A DNA stretch of 64,000 nucleotides from Candidatus Bathyarchaeota archaeon (GCA_963831895.1 CAWHSD010000016.1:62638-126637); one strand, 5' to 3'; numbered from the stretch's first letter, positions 38,532-49,421 are shown. Notes: generated by a model from the letters alone, not told the origin. Program-made: numbers and translations.

Positions 38532-38963
38532 GATAATGATATAGAATATTTACTTCCACAACGTTTCAGTTTTGCCCAAACATCAATAATTCACATAGTA
38601 TTCGAGCCAAACCCAGTCATACTGATTGAAGACTACTAAATCATTCTTATTTTAAAAATGCAACCTTTTACAACCAAATGAAACGAAAAATTTCAAGATT
38701 TTATTTTCGACAATCATTAGGTTTTGTAAATAAATATGTATAGTAGGGGTTCCATGCTCAAGTAATATTTTGTTTGACAGTCTACTTTGGGGCATCCCTC
38801 TCAACTACAAAAGTCAGGTTTCTGGCATGGAATGATATATGCGCGATCTATTTTTTACCCCCCTTATTTTTATATTATATATTGTGTCTTAATATAAATA
38901 AATGCTTAAAGGTTTTCACCAACAACAAACGCAAAACACCAATGCATTCTGAATCGCACCAAC

Positions 38964-39156
38964 TTAACTAAAAGTTGAAGTATATTTGTAATGTTCATCA
39001 GTTCTTTCCAAATCTAAAACTTCAAACTGTAATTCCTCACCTATAATAAGCTCGATTCCACAAACGGGACATTAAATTATCTCTCCAACAGCCAGAGAAC
39101 TTAATGAAGTCTCCTTTGTCAGAAAAAAGAATTCATTCAGGACATTATTACGTCAA
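38964..39156 (-). pseudogene. Decayed LysW/ArgW-like zinc-ribbon gene
   Basis: CPE(frameshift)...LAVGEII*CPVCGIEL with in-frame stops. Confidence 0.4.
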
Positions 39157-39261
39157 GTCCTTCCACCACATGCAAGCAGGTTAACTTTTCAACCTTATAA
39201 TGATCTTATTTAAGCTCCATTTAATAGAGTTGAGTATTAAAAAAAATAAAGAAAGAAAAGT

Positions 39262-39642
39262 TTATTCTATGTGCCATTTCTTAGCTACTTTCACAATAAC
39301 GAATACTACTAAAGCGACTATTACGAACGTTATCAGCGCTATTAGAAAATCGCCTATGCCAAAGGTTTGACTTAGCAATGTTACAGAATATGACGCTAGA
39401 TCTGACATGCCTGGAATAATTAAGCCCAGTAGCGGGATAATGAAGTCTTTAACAAGTGCCTGAATTAAGATGCCCGCATACAACGCTAAGATGAAAGCAA
39501 CAGCTAAACCAAATATCTTATACTTTGAAAGAAAATCCTTGAACTCGTTAACAAAACCCTTAGGGGGTATTGGTGGTGGGGCTTTTTCTAAAGCTGCACT
39601 AATTTTCTTTAATTCTGCTAATATTTCGTCTTCTTTATCCAT
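39262..39642 (-). CDS. mscL: Large-conductance mechanosensitive channel
   Basis: EFKDFL, LAVAFI, LVKDFIIP, GDFLIALITF. Confidence 0.88.
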   Translation of the reverse strand: MDKEDEILAELKKISAALEKAPPPIPPKGFVNEFKDFLSKYKIFGLAVAFILALYAGILIQALVKDFIIPLLGLIIPGMSDLASYSVTLLSQTFGIGDFLIALITFVIVALVVFVIVKVAKKWHIE

Positions 39643-40381
39643 ATAAAAACACTCCTACTGATTATTCGGTTCACTTTTTTTATAAAACTTTCCTTTTATT
39701 ATACTCAACCCAATTTAATTTATATCTTTTAGTTCTATTTCTTTATTCGAATCAAATTTTATTGATTCTGCTTTGGAGAGAACGCCTAAATCTTCTTTTG
39801 CTTAATGATTTGTAGGTCGTTTTTTTAATTATTCAGAATATTTAATGAAGAAATTTAAAAGTAACTTAAATCAATATAAGTTGCTTCTCAAGACTTAACT
39901 GAGGAAAACCTTACAAAGGAAATCCCAACAATAATGAGTCAGTCTGCTACCATGGTTTAAAGACTATTGAATATTAAAAAAACTAAGATTTTATCTTTTA
40001 ACCTTGAAATGGACTAAATTATAGCTAACGAAATTATTGCATTAATTTAGAGTTTATAAAAATTTAATTGACTTTGTGATTTTCAGCTATCAACTAAATG
40101 TGCTGTGCCATCAGGGCAATAGACTTTTTCGCCTATGTTGACTCGACAATAACGTTGTTTGCACAAGTGGAGTTGATTTGAGCATCCATCACAATTTCTG
40201 CTTAACATTTTATCGCCTCTTAATTCTTTAATCTTTAGTAATAATACACCTTACTTAATAAAGAATGTGAATCTATAATCTATAAAACCAAGAAACATTT
40301 CCCAAAAGAATATCGACTACACCAAAAAATGAATCCAACTAAAAAAATAAATTTCAAAAGTTAAGATCAAAAAATTATTGT

Positions 40382-40705
40382 CTAATTAAGAAAACGTGAA
40401 ATGATTGGAAATGACCTAAATTTGCCATTGTTAGGTATGAGGCTTCGCCATTTCAAAGTTGGCCTGTCCTCTTTGTTCACCAAAATGTTTTCTATAAGCC
40501 CCATCCTTTTGGCTTCTTGTAGCTCTTCTTTGGTCTGTTCAATATCAACTGGTGTGGTTGTTTGTTTTTCTAGTTCATTAACTATACCAAGGATTGTTGG
40601 GGTGCCATGTTTTTTTGCGTTTTGTACAGATTTAAGGAGAAGTTGATTTTTTGTTGGAAGTTTACTGTACAGAGTTAGCAGAGATTTTTTTTCTTGGAAG
40701 TTCAA
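40382..40705 (-). CDS. Hypothetical protein, possible wHTH
   Basis: 107-aa ORF in an AT-rich region. Confidence 0.5.
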   Translation of the reverse strand: MNFQEKKSLLTLYSKLPTKNQLLLKSVQNAKKHGTPTILGIVNELEKQTTTPVDIEQTKEELQEAKRMGLIENILVNKEDRPTLKWRSLIPNNGKFRSFPIISRFLN

Positions 40706-40776
40706 AAATAAACCTGTAAATCAAGAATGCTACGAGCAGGATAGTTGTTGCTGCTGAAAGAGATAAGCCGTTTTGG

Positions 40777-42079
40777 CTAATTGTCAGAGCTACGGTGGTC
40801 CAAGTTTTGATGGGTTGCCAGTAATTCGTCTAAGATTTCTTTTGCGCGGTCGACTCGGACTTTGTGTTCTTTAACCATACGTTCAGCTACCAAATCTATC
40901 ATTTGGTCTTTCGCGCCTGCTGTAACAGCGATGTTTCTTGCGTGAAGCGACATATGTCCACGTTGGATTCCTTCGCTCGATAATGCGCGTAAGGCGCCTA
41001 GGTTTTGAGCTAAGCCCACAGATGCTAAGACTTCACCGAATTCGTTAGCTGATTTTACGTTGAGAATTTTCATGGCGATTCGTGCGATTGGATGAGTTTT
41101 TACTGCTCCTCCTATTAAACCAACAGCCATGGGCAATTCGATTGAGCCTTCTAAGTCGCCATTTTTGTTTTTAACCCATTTCGATAAGGTTGTATACGGT
41201 CCGTTGAATGCTGCGTATGCATGTCCGCCTGCTTCAATAGCTCTGTGGTCATTGCCTGTAGCTAACACGACAGCGATTATACCGTTCATGGCACCTTTGT
41301 TATGAGTTGCCGCTCGGTAGGGATCAGCTTCAGCGAAAGAGGAAGCATAAGCTATGCCCTCTACTATTGCTTCGCCGCCTACTGCCTCTTTTGGAACTGT
41401 GCACCATGACTTCGCAAGTCGCTTAACCGCTAAGTTGGATATTATGCGCAAATAAACATGTCCACTGGTTAGCTGCTCAATCATAGGAGATACAGCTTCA
41501 GCCATCGTATTAACGGCGTTTGCGCCCATAGCATCTCGGCAATCCACAAACAAGTGGACGATAAGCATTTGCCCCATGGTGGTTTGGATAACTCGGGCGT
41601 CGAGGTCTTTTGCTCCTCCGCCAAACGAGTTTAGTATGGGGTCTTGGTCGTTTGCTTTTTTGAGGATTTCGACTTTGGCAGCTAAAACTTGATTCTTTGC
41701 AATTTCTGCATCTTTAATTTTAACAACTTGGATTTGTCCAATCATGACTGGTGTTGTACTGCTGGTGTGGAACCCTCCGCCATCACGAACCATTTTTGCT
41801 GCATAACTAGCTGCAGCTATTACGCTTGGCTCTTCAGTAGCCATCGGGATTAAGTAGTCTTTTCCGTTGATTTGGAAGTTAACGCCTATGCCCATTGGCT
41901 CGGGAAAAACGCTGATAACGTTTTCTACCATGTGGTCAGCTACATCCATGGGTAATGACCCTGTGTTTTCGAGTAATTTGAACTTCATCTTCAGTCAAAC
42001 TTGCAAAATCTTTAATGATTGCTAACCGCTCTTTTGGCGGAAGTTTATAGAAACCTGAAATTACAGATGATTTAGCCAT
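40777..42079 (-). CDS. HMG-CoA reductase, class II; +1 frameshift near 41980
   Basis: MAKSSVISGFYKLPPKER from ATG 42079; ENVIS, EEPSVIAA, DAMGAN, HNKG, GIQRGHMSLH. Confidence 0.92.
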
Positions 42080-42155
42080 TCTCGATCACATTGCAAGTGA
42101 TTCTTTGACTTTTCGCTTTTAAACTTTAACTAAGTTGAGGTTCAAAACATTGGGG

Positions 42156-43211
42156 TTAGAGGGTAGTTTGACCGTTAGTTCTGGGCATGGCAACTGCAGA
42201 GACGCCTAAGCGCTTATTGATTTCCATAGCTAACGCGTCGCCATTGCTGCGGTAGTTATCAGTGATTACCTGCTTTGCCCCAGACTGTCTAACATATTCA
42301 ATTAACCCGTCAAAGTCTGAATGGTCACTTAGTGCAACTAAATGTTCTCGGTCGCCAATTTGTCGGCTGGGAAAACGAAACTCCCAACCGCTCAAACAAA
42401 TGCGTGCATTACGCAATCCTACGTGCTGTCTCTGATTCATATGATAAAATGCTACGCAAGGTAAGTTTTCGTCCAAAAGTTCTTGTCCCTCAGTATCTGT
42501 GGAAAGCGATAAGCATCCTAATCGCATACCATGATGCTCACAAACTTTTGTAACTTCATAAACCCGTTCAGGCATTACAAATGGCACTTCAACATCTGCC
42601 TCTCTTAGGATCTGCATGGCTTCTTGGAGTTTACCGTGATAACCGAAAACGTAGACCGCGCCACCACGTAGGCGTTTTTCAATCATTGAAACCAAGAGTT
42701 CACGTACATCAACTTTGAAATTGCGTCTGCATGATGGACTTCCATATGTTGCCTCAACAACTAATACATCGCAATCGATAACTGGTGTGCCATCTAATTT
42801 GAAATCGCCTGTCCAAACAATTCGGATTCCACCAGCGTCCTCAACCAGAACTTGTGCAGCACCCAAGATGTGTTCTGCTTTGATGAAACTGATTTTCTCA
42901 TCTTTGTACTTTAAGACTTTGCCGTACTCTAATGTCTTTACTGCTTTAGAGTCTTTGAGTTTAAATGACCCATTAAGCATTTCCGTAAGGTCTCGGGTGG
43001 CTTTAGTCATCAAAACTTTCTCGCAACGTTTCAAGCTACTGCGCAAACCGTATAAATGGTCTGCATGTGCATGGGTTACAACCCTTAACGGTCTTGAAGC
43101 GTCAAAGGCGTCGCATGCGACACTGTCACCTAACAAAACAGCGCCACTCTTAGTTACTAAAGCCCTTTCCGCCAAAACTTTTCTTCTCACTAAGTTTTTT
43201 CTGCTAACCAA
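42156..43211 (-). CDS. Metallo-beta-lactamase / beta-CASP-like nuclease
   Basis: THAHADH, HILGAAQ, TGDFK, EATYG, LSDHSDF. Confidence 0.88.
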   Translation of the reverse strand: MVSRKNLVRRKVLAERALVTKSGAVLLGDSVACDAFDASRPLRVVTHAHADHLYGLRSSLKRCEKVLMTKATRDLTEMLNGSFKLKDSKAVKTLEYGKVLKYKDEKISFIKAEHILGAAQVLVEDAGGIRIVWTGDFKLDGTPVIDCDVLVVEATYGSPSCRRNFKVDVRELLVSMIEKRLRGGAVYVFGYHGKLQEAMQILREADVEVPFVMPERVYEVTKVCEHHGMRLGCLSLSTDTEGQELLDENLPCVAFYHMNQRQHVGLRNARICLSGWEFRFPSRQIGDREHLVALSDHSDFDGLIEYVRQSGAKQVITDNYRSNGDALAMEINKRLGVSAVAMPRTNGQTTL

Positions 43212-43588
43212 TCAATAAGTTGCTCAGGATTATCAGTTTCAATATTAACTCTAATCGGACCCAATGGCGATTCAGCTGATTCTTCAGAAAAAGAAATGTG
43301 CCCAACAAACGCTACCTGCTTGTTCAAGTAGAAAGAAATCATGTTACCCCTAATAGATTTGAAAAGCAATCTTCTTGAAGCATCGCGGATTCGGTCATTG
43401 CGAAGTAAATTACGGAGCTTAAATAGTGACTCTTGACCTTTAGCAACTGCAGTTAAATAGCTACCCTTGATGGAGGGTTTAATTGTTATAGTTGCACTGT
43501 CCAAAAAGTTGTTGACAGCCGCCTTAACGTTTTCCTCGTTTTCGGTAGGGTTAATTTGAGTCTCAACAAAAACTGTTACTTCAACCAT
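43190..43588 (-). CDS. UPF0201 archaeal RNA-binding protein
   Basis: INPTE, RIRDASR, LNKQVAFVG, PLGPI. Confidence 0.85.
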   Translation of the reverse strand: MVEVTVFVETQINPTENEENVKAAVNNFLDSATITIKPSIKGSYLTAVAKGQESLFKLRNLLRNDRIRDASRRLLFKSIRGNMISFYLNKQVAFVGHISFSEESAESPLGPIRVNIETDNPEQLIDWLAEKT

Positions 43589-44142
43589 TTCTCCTCAACC
43601 TTCTCCAATAACTCCTTTACTTTAGCTTTAACATTTTCTAAACTATTATCGTTCACTATCATTTGTTCAGCCATCGCTATTACATTTCCTAAACCAACAT
43701 TGAGTTCACGCATGTCGCGTTCATTAAATACTTTCCACTCAGTTGGGTCATCACTTCTGTGCCTTTTTGATAGTCGGTTAAAGCGTATTTTGGGCGAGGC
43801 ATGTACTGCTACTAGGCTGAATTTTGAAAAATGTTCTTTGAAGATGTCAGCTTCAAAGAGGCTTCTTAAACCATCCACAAGGACTTTGTTGCTTGTTTTT
43901 TCTTCTATTTTTGGGATACATTTTTGGGCAATAACAAAGTTTCCTTCTTTTTGCCTAAGTTCAAGCATAACTTTTCCTACATTCTGTGGCGTCAACTCAA
44001 AGCCACACTTAATCGTTTCTTGCCGAACAACGTCGCCCATAATCACTACATCATAACCCAATTGGCGTGCAGCATCGACGACCAAAGATTTTCCCGAACC
44101 AGGCATCCCAGCTAAACCAATAACTAATTTGTCAGCGTTCAC
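43576..44142 (-). CDS. UPF0200 P-loop kinase (dephospho-CoA kinase-like)
   Basis: GMPGSGKS, MGDVVR, DGLRS, RDMREL..GLG. Confidence 0.82.
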   Translation of the reverse strand: MNADKLVIGLAGMPGSGKSLVVDAARQLGYDVVIMGDVVRQETIKCGFELTPQNVGKVMLELRQKEGNFVIAQKCIPKIEEKTSNKVLVDGLRSLFEADIFKEHFSKFSLVAVHASPKIRFNRLSKRHRSDDPTEWKVFNERDMRELNVGLGNVIAMAEQMIVNDNSLENVKAKVKELLEKVEEKWLK

Positions 44143-44235
44143 GTTGTCTTAATCCTTTTTTTGTTGTATAGCAGCATTCTGGATTAAAAAGCATTTATGA
44201 GGGTTATGTGTTAAAATTAGTAGAAGGAACCTTTA

Positions 44236-44799
44236 ATGTCCGAGCAAATAAGAAGCTTCATTGCTTTCGACCTGAAAAACGATAATGTATTGAACAGGAT
44301 AGCGGCAGCGCAAAAACTGTTAATTCAAACAAACGCAGATCTCAAAATGGTGGAGCCAACTAACATCCATATTACCCTTCGATTCCTTGGCGGAATCAGC
44401 CCGGAATTGGTGGATAAAGTTCATGTAGCCATGAAAAATGTAAAGTTCAGTCCCTTTAACGTTCAAATTCGTGGTTTAGGAGTTTTTCCAACACTTAATT
44501 ATCCACGAGTGGTTTGGGCGGGAATAACTGATGGTGCGGAACAACTCAAAAGCATCTTTGAACAGCTTGAACCTCAAATTCATGAGTTAGGATTCACTCC
44601 AGACCCTAAGGGTTTTAGTCCACATTTGACCATTGCACGTGTTAGAACAGGTGCAAACAAACAACGTTTAATAGATTTGGTAACTAAGCAAGCCAACTAC
44701 GACTTTGGCAATATAAGAGCAGATTGTTTAAGACTTAAAAGAAGCCAGCTTTCACCTAAAGGTCCAACCTATTCAACACTCAAAGAATACTGCCCATAA
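44236..44799 (+). CDS. thpR: RNA 2',3'-cyclic phosphodiesterase
   Basis: Two HxT motifs (HITLRFLG, PHLTIAR). Confidence 0.93.
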   Translation: MSEQIRSFIAFDLKNDNVLNRIAAAQKLLIQTNADLKMVEPTNIHITLRFLGGISPELVDKVHVAMKNVKFSPFNVQIRGLGVFPTLNYPRVVWAGITDGAEQLKSIFEQLEPQIHELGFTPDPKGFSPHLTIARVRTGANKQRLIDLVTKQANYDFGNIRADCLRLKRSQLSPKGPTYSTLKEYCP

Positions 44800-44809
44800 A
44801 TGATTATCT

Positions 44810-46261
44810 ATGGAAAAAGACCTGAATGCGTTAACTAAGCGGATTCTTAAAAAAATCACGCCTAAAGAAGAAGAATACATAAAGATTGATGTTTTAAGCC
44901 GCGAACTTGAACAGAAAATCGTTGCAGCCTGCAAAAACGAAGGTGTAGATGCAATCGTACGTGTTGAGGGCTCAATTGCCAAAGACACATGGCTAAGCGA
45001 AAACCCAGACATCGACATTTTCATTCGTCTTCCTATCTCAATACCCAGAAAAAATCTTGGGGACATCGGGTTGAAAATCGCTAAAAAAGCCGCCGGTGAC
45101 GCCAAGCAGTTGGAACGTTTCGCTGAGCATCCTTACCTTGAAATTTTCTTAAGTGGTTACCGCGTAGATATCGTACCTTGCTATGACGCTATACCGGGTG
45201 AATGGCAAAGCGCCACTGACCGAACACCCTATCACACAGACTACATCAACAACCATTTGGGCAAAGAAGCGCGTGGTGAGGTTAGACTTTTAAAAAGATT
45301 CATGCAGGGAATAGGCGTTTATGGTGCGGAGCTTAAAATTGGCGGTTTTAGCGGTTACCTTTGCGAACTATTGATAATGAAGTACGGGTCATTCGCCCAA
45401 ACAATAAATGCCTTTGCAGAGTATAATCAAAAAGTTATAATTGATATTGAAGGCTTTTATGCAAAAAGGAAGAGCGAGCTTAAATTGCTTTTTCCTGAGT
45501 CACTTGTCATCATTGACCCAGTAGATAAAGGAAGAAACGTCGCTTCAGCCGTGCAACCTCAAAGACTCTACATATTTGTTGGGGCCGCAAGGGCGTTTTT
45601 GAAGAAGCCGACACAAGAATTTTTTTATCCACCTAAACCAGAGATTTTGTCTTCTGCAGCATTGAAAAGTCAGATTAAAAAACGCGGTTCGTCAATCGTA
45701 TTTCTTGTTATCGAAGACTTGAATGCTGTCCCAGATGTGTTATGGGGGCAGCTGTACAGGTCAAAACGTTCCATAAGAACTTTGCTTGAGATTAGCGATT
45801 ATGTTGTTCTGAAAGACGAGGTTTGGAGCAACGAAAAAACCCTTAGCGTATTCATTTTCGAGCTTGAAATGCAAGTTCTACCCAACATCAAAAGGCATCT
45901 TGGTCCACCACTTGAAAGAGAAACAGAATGTGAAAAATACCTTGCAAAATATGGTGACAATAAAAAGGTGATTTCTGGACCCTACATAGAAGATGGACGC
46001 TGGATAGTAGAGTTGCCCCGCAAAACAACTGATGCAGTTGCTTTGTTGAAAGAAAAGTTGTCGGATGGCGGAAAAAACGCTGGGGTTGCTGATTTAGTTT
46101 CAAGAATTATAAAGAAAAATCTCAGAGTTCTCGCAGATAATCAAGTTCAAACAGTTTATGAGGACAATAATGATTTTGCTGAGTTCTTGACTGATTTTCT
46201 TTTAGGTAAGCCGTTTTGGTTAAGAAACTTGCAAAGGCAAGCCAAAGAAAGCAAGGAATAA
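44810..46261 (+). CDS. cca: Archaeal CCA tRNA nucleotidyltransferase
   Basis: GSIAKDTW..DIDIF, AEHPY, SATDRTPYH, GFSGYLCELL, DPVD..RNVA. Confidence 0.95.
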   Translation: MEKDLNALTKRILKKITPKEEEYIKIDVLSRELEQKIVAACKNEGVDAIVRVEGSIAKDTWLSENPDIDIFIRLPISIPRKNLGDIGLKIAKKAAGDAKQLERFAEHPYLEIFLSGYRVDIVPCYDAIPGEWQSATDRTPYHTDYINNHLGKEARGEVRLLKRFMQGIGVYGAELKIGGFSGYLCELLIMKYGSFAQTINAFAEYNQKVIIDIEGFYAKRKSELKLLFPESLVIIDPVDKGRNVASAVQPQRLYIFVGAARAFLKKPTQEFFYPPKPEILSSAALKSQIKKRGSSIVFLVIEDLNAVPDVLWGQLYRSKRSIRTLLEISDYVVLKDEVWSNEKTLSVFIFELEMQVLPNIKRHLGPPLERETECEKYLAKYGDNKKVISGPYIEDGRWIVELPRKTTDAVALLKEKLSDGGKNAGVADLVSRIIKKNLRVLADNQVQTVYEDNNDFAEFLTDFLLGKPFWLRNLQRQAKESKE

Positions 46262-46399
46262 AGTTTCTCACTTGGTTCTATTTGGCAAAAAACTATTAAT
46301 TTTCCAGCACAAAAAAAGCTGAACAGGCGCTATTGAAATTTTATTGTTTTACGGAGTGGTACCAGCAGATAATGTATTCTGGAAGATTAAATCCTCTTT

Positions 46400-46663
46400 C
46401 TCCTGGATCGTCAGGTGTTAAAACAACTTTGTTTAGCCAGCCTGCTTGGCTTAAGCGATTTGGCTCATCGCGGCGTTAAGTGAATAAAGTGATCTGCCTG
46501 ATCCGCCACAGATTACACAATCGGCAGCGTTAATGTCTTCAAAAAGAGGTGCAAGTTCTTTCTTTCTTATACTCATGATGTTTTCTTGAATTTTATTTAC
46601 ATATCCGATTGTGCTGATTTTGCTTTTGATACCAACCGCACCTTCAGTGCAAACATGACTCAA
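46400..46663 (-). pseudogene. Truncated SIS-domain (hexulose-6-phosphate isomerase-like) gene fragment
   Basis: CGGSGRSLYSL motif; premature stop; continues in another frame as WLNKVVLTPDDPG and is then lost. Confidence 0.55.
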
Positions 46664-46989
46664 AGATTAGCTATATTATTCTTGCGCTAGCGGACTTAAG
46701 TTTGAATCGACTTGGACCAACGATCGCTTGCTAATAAAAAAGGAAGTAAATCTTTTTTGTTGCTTTCTTCGACAAATTCAAGCTTTTAAATTGAATGAAT
46801 TGTCTACCACAGAATATTTCTATTGTATAAAGTTCCAAAGGAGAACCTTAATAGTTTCTTGAAATTGCGATCCTCAACTGAGGAGTATTGAAAAATCATA
46901 TGAAAGACTGCAATTATTTAATTGCGTCTTTCAATCTCCAAACATTTATATCAAAAAGCAGCTTTCAAGACAACAGGCTAGTGAAAATT

Positions 46990-47622
46990 ATGTCACAAAA
47001 TGGCGCTGAAAAATATCAATTTCTAGTCAAATTAGCCCTCGAAAACGGTGCTGCAGACGCCAAAATTATTCCAACCGACAAAGTTGTTGTCGAAGACCGC
47101 GTGGTACTCAAATGCAAAGTCGGCTGCAACCACTACGGCAAAACCCTTGCCTGCCCACCCTACACACCCTCAGCTGAGGAATTCCGCAAAATCGTTGGCG
47201 AATACAGTTACGCAATGTTCATGAAGTTCACTTCAAACGCGCAAGCTGAACCAGAAGTGTTAGCCAAACTTATGGTTGCAGAAACCGACACTACAGTCTC
47301 AAAAGAAATCAAGGAAAAAGCAGCTAAGTTCTGGCAAGATTGGAAAGACGACAAACGCAAAATGCTCCAGAGCGTTGTTGATTTGGAAAAAGCCGCCATG
47401 AATAAAGGCTATAGCTTAGCAATATCGTTTGTTTCGGGACATTGTCAACTCTGCGAGAAATGCAACATAGAAACAAAGATTTGTGCACATCCCAACTTGG
47501 CTCGTTGGTCCGAGGATGCGGTTGGAGTGAATGTGAAAAAAACTGCAGTTAATGCTGGAATAACTGTAACTTTTCCGTTCGATAAGAACCCGGAATCATT
47601 CGCAATACTTCTAATAGATTAG
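46990..47622 (+). CDS. DUF2284 predicted metal-binding protein
   Basis: KC..GC..YG...CPP, G.C.LC..C, C.HP..AR.S.DAVGVNV. Confidence 0.85.
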   Translation: MSQNGAEKYQFLVKLALENGAADAKIIPTDKVVVEDRVVLKCKVGCNHYGKTLACPPYTPSAEEFRKIVGEYSYAMFMKFTSNAQAEPEVLAKLMVAETDTTVSKEIKEKAAKFWQDWKDDKRKMLQSVVDLEKAAMNKGYSLAISFVSGHCQLCEKCNIETKICAHPNLARWSEDAVGVNVKKTAVNAGITVTFPFDKNPESFAILLID

Positions 47623-47673
47623 CTCCCGTTGGGTAAGTAAAAGCTAAATATTTTATTCTTCAAATGAAGAAGC

Positions 47674-47943
47674 ATGAAAATTCTGCTTGACGAAATGTAC
47701 GCTGGCTTAAAGGAGTATTTGGAAACTTTAGGTTATGAAGTTTTAACTGCTCAGGAAGCCGGTTTGAAGAGTGCGAAAGACCGCGAGATAGTGGAGTTTG
47801 CAGGAAAAAACAACCTGATTTTGGTTACGCAGGACCAAAAACCTGCTGAACTTGCAGAATTGCTTGGTGTTAAATGCGTTTTTATTTCAAGTTTGATGGT
47901 TGCTAAGTTGGTTGACCAGAAAATTAAAGCATTGTTGATTTAG
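47674..47943 (+). CDS. Mut7-C/DUF5615 PIN-like protein
   Basis: ILLDEM, LGY, D.EI, ILVTQD. Confidence 0.8.
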   Translation: MKILLDEMYAGLKEYLETLGYEVLTAQEAGLKSAKDREIVEFAGKNNLILVTQDQKPAELAELLGVKCVFISSLMVAKLVDQKIKALLI

Positions 47944-48482
47944 ACGTTGATGTGCCGCAGGTATTTATTCCATAGATACGAAGCTGCGTAGCCTGCAACG
48001 CCGCCAGAAACTGGACCCATGAACATGACAAGGGCATCGAGCATTTGACTTCTTTGGACAAATAAACTGACAAACGAAAAACCGTTAATGTACTGTGGGA
48101 AAATTGCGAATGCAGAGTAGCTTGAAACAGCAATTAGTAGTGTACTAAATGCCATGGCAACAATCATTCGGTTGCGGTTTACGCCTTGCGGTGAACCGTT
48201 AATTTTGAATAGGAATAGGAAAGTGTCGACGAAGACGCCGAAGAGGAAGGCAAAAAAGAATGTGAAGGGTCCTAAAGCTGGACTGACGAGAGCAGTCAGG
48301 AGTCCCCCGACGGCTCCAACGTACATGGCGCCTACTTTTGGAATGAAGAGTCCGCTTACTGCGAGCAAAACGGCTTGGACTACTATAACGAGGTAGTTTA
48401 GTGGGGGCGGCAAAAATACGTTTGTGACGAAGATTATTGTTCCGAAAAGTGCAATTATGAATAATCGCTGAATCTTCTGTAT
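47940..48482 (-). CDS. Membrane protein, ECF S-component-like; possible ATA start
   Basis: Frame open upstream of the TTG to ATA at 48482 (IQKIQRLFIIALFGTIIF), with GGGGGT upstream. Confidence 0.6.
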   Translation of the reverse strand: MQKIQRLFIIALFGTIIFVTNVFLPPPLNYLVIVVQAVLLAVSGLFIPKVGAMYVGAVGGLLTALVSPALGPFTFFFAFLFGVFVDTFLFLFKINGSPQGVNRNRMIVAMAFSTLLIAVSSYSAFAIFPQYINGFSFVSLFVQRSQMLDALVMFMGPVSGGVAGYAASYLWNKYLRHINV

Positions 48483-48668
48483 CTATGTACCCCCGAGTAG
48501 TATAGGAGTTTACGTTTCCATCTAAAAAGCTTAATGTTGAAAGCGCAAAAAGAAAATTTCTGGTTATGGTTCAATTTAATTTTAATGGAAAGTTATAAAT
48601 TGGCAAGATGCAATAGTGAATATTATATAATAATTAACTGATAAATGTAAAATTGGGGATAACGAAAA

Positions 48669-49421
48669 ATGAGCACTCACGCAGAAGATTTGAAGCTCCG
48701 ACTAATGACAATAGAGCTTCTACGAACAGCAAAATACAAGCGGAATATCACTTATAGAGAATTAGCAACAAAAACGGGCTTACCAGTCACTGTGCTAAGT
48801 CGTTATGCAAAAGGCCACGTTCTACCAAACACTGTAAGAGCAAAACAACTCTGGCGTGTGCTTACAAAACTTGTAGGCTTGGAAGCAGAACTGCGAAGCA
48901 GAATAAAATTCGACGACACAGGCTATTTTGACAATACAGAAATCGTCGGAGACTACAATATCCTTCAGCAAGCAGCAAACCACGCATTGGCAAATTTCGC
49001 TGGAAAACGCGTTACTAAAATCTTAACTGCAGCCGTCGACGGGATCCCGTTAGCCACTATGGTAGCTAACTCACTTGGGGTAAACCTCATCGTTGCCAAA
49101 CGCAACAAAGAAGTCGGCGTAAAAGCCTTCCTTGAAGAAACCTACATTTTAGGTCGAGATTCAGGCGTAACCGTAACTCTATATATTCCCAAAGAATCCA
49201 TCAAAAAACGCGACAGTGTTCTTGTCGTAGATGACATGATTAAGAGCGGCGAAACTCAAGAGGCGCTTGTAAACCTTGTTAAGAAGTCAAAAGCTGAAGT
49301 TTCAGGAATCTTCTCTCTAATCGCGGTAGGAGAAGAATGGAAGAAACGGTTAAAATCTGGCGAAGACTCACCAGTTGAAGTCGTCACTCACCTAAAATCG
49401 CCGTATGACACCTCTTCTTAA
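48669..49421 (+). CDS. HTH + phosphoribosyltransferase (PurR-like) regulator
   Basis: ITYRELATKTGLPVTVLSRY; VLVVDDMIKSGET. Confidence 0.85.
   Translation: MSTHAEDLKLRLMTIELLRTAKYKRNITYRELATKTGLPVTVLSRYAKGHVLPNTVRAKQLWRVLTKLVGLEAELRSRIKFDDTGYFDNTEIVGDYNILQQAANHALANFAGKRVTKILTAAVDGIPLATMVANSLGVNLIVAKRNKEVGVKAFLEETYILGRDSGVTVTLYIPKESIKKRDSVLVVDDMIKSGETQEALVNLVKKSKAEVSGIFSLIAVGEEWKKRLKSGEDSPVEVVTHLKSPYDTSS

Noticed and set aside
40095-40190. Several short hairpins in an intergenic gap
   Set aside because: Stems of 4-5 bp are compatible with chance
8590-42079. Programmed frameshifting or Sec/Pyl recoding at the broken genes
   Set aside because: The breaks are single-base insertions without slippery sites, not in-frame TGA/TAG
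43576-44142. 'FliE' flagellar label often attached to this family
   Set aside because: The sequence is a P-loop kinase in the conserved thpR/cca neighbourhood
47674-47943. PIN toxin of a toxin-antitoxin pair
   Set aside because: No adjacent antitoxin-like ORF
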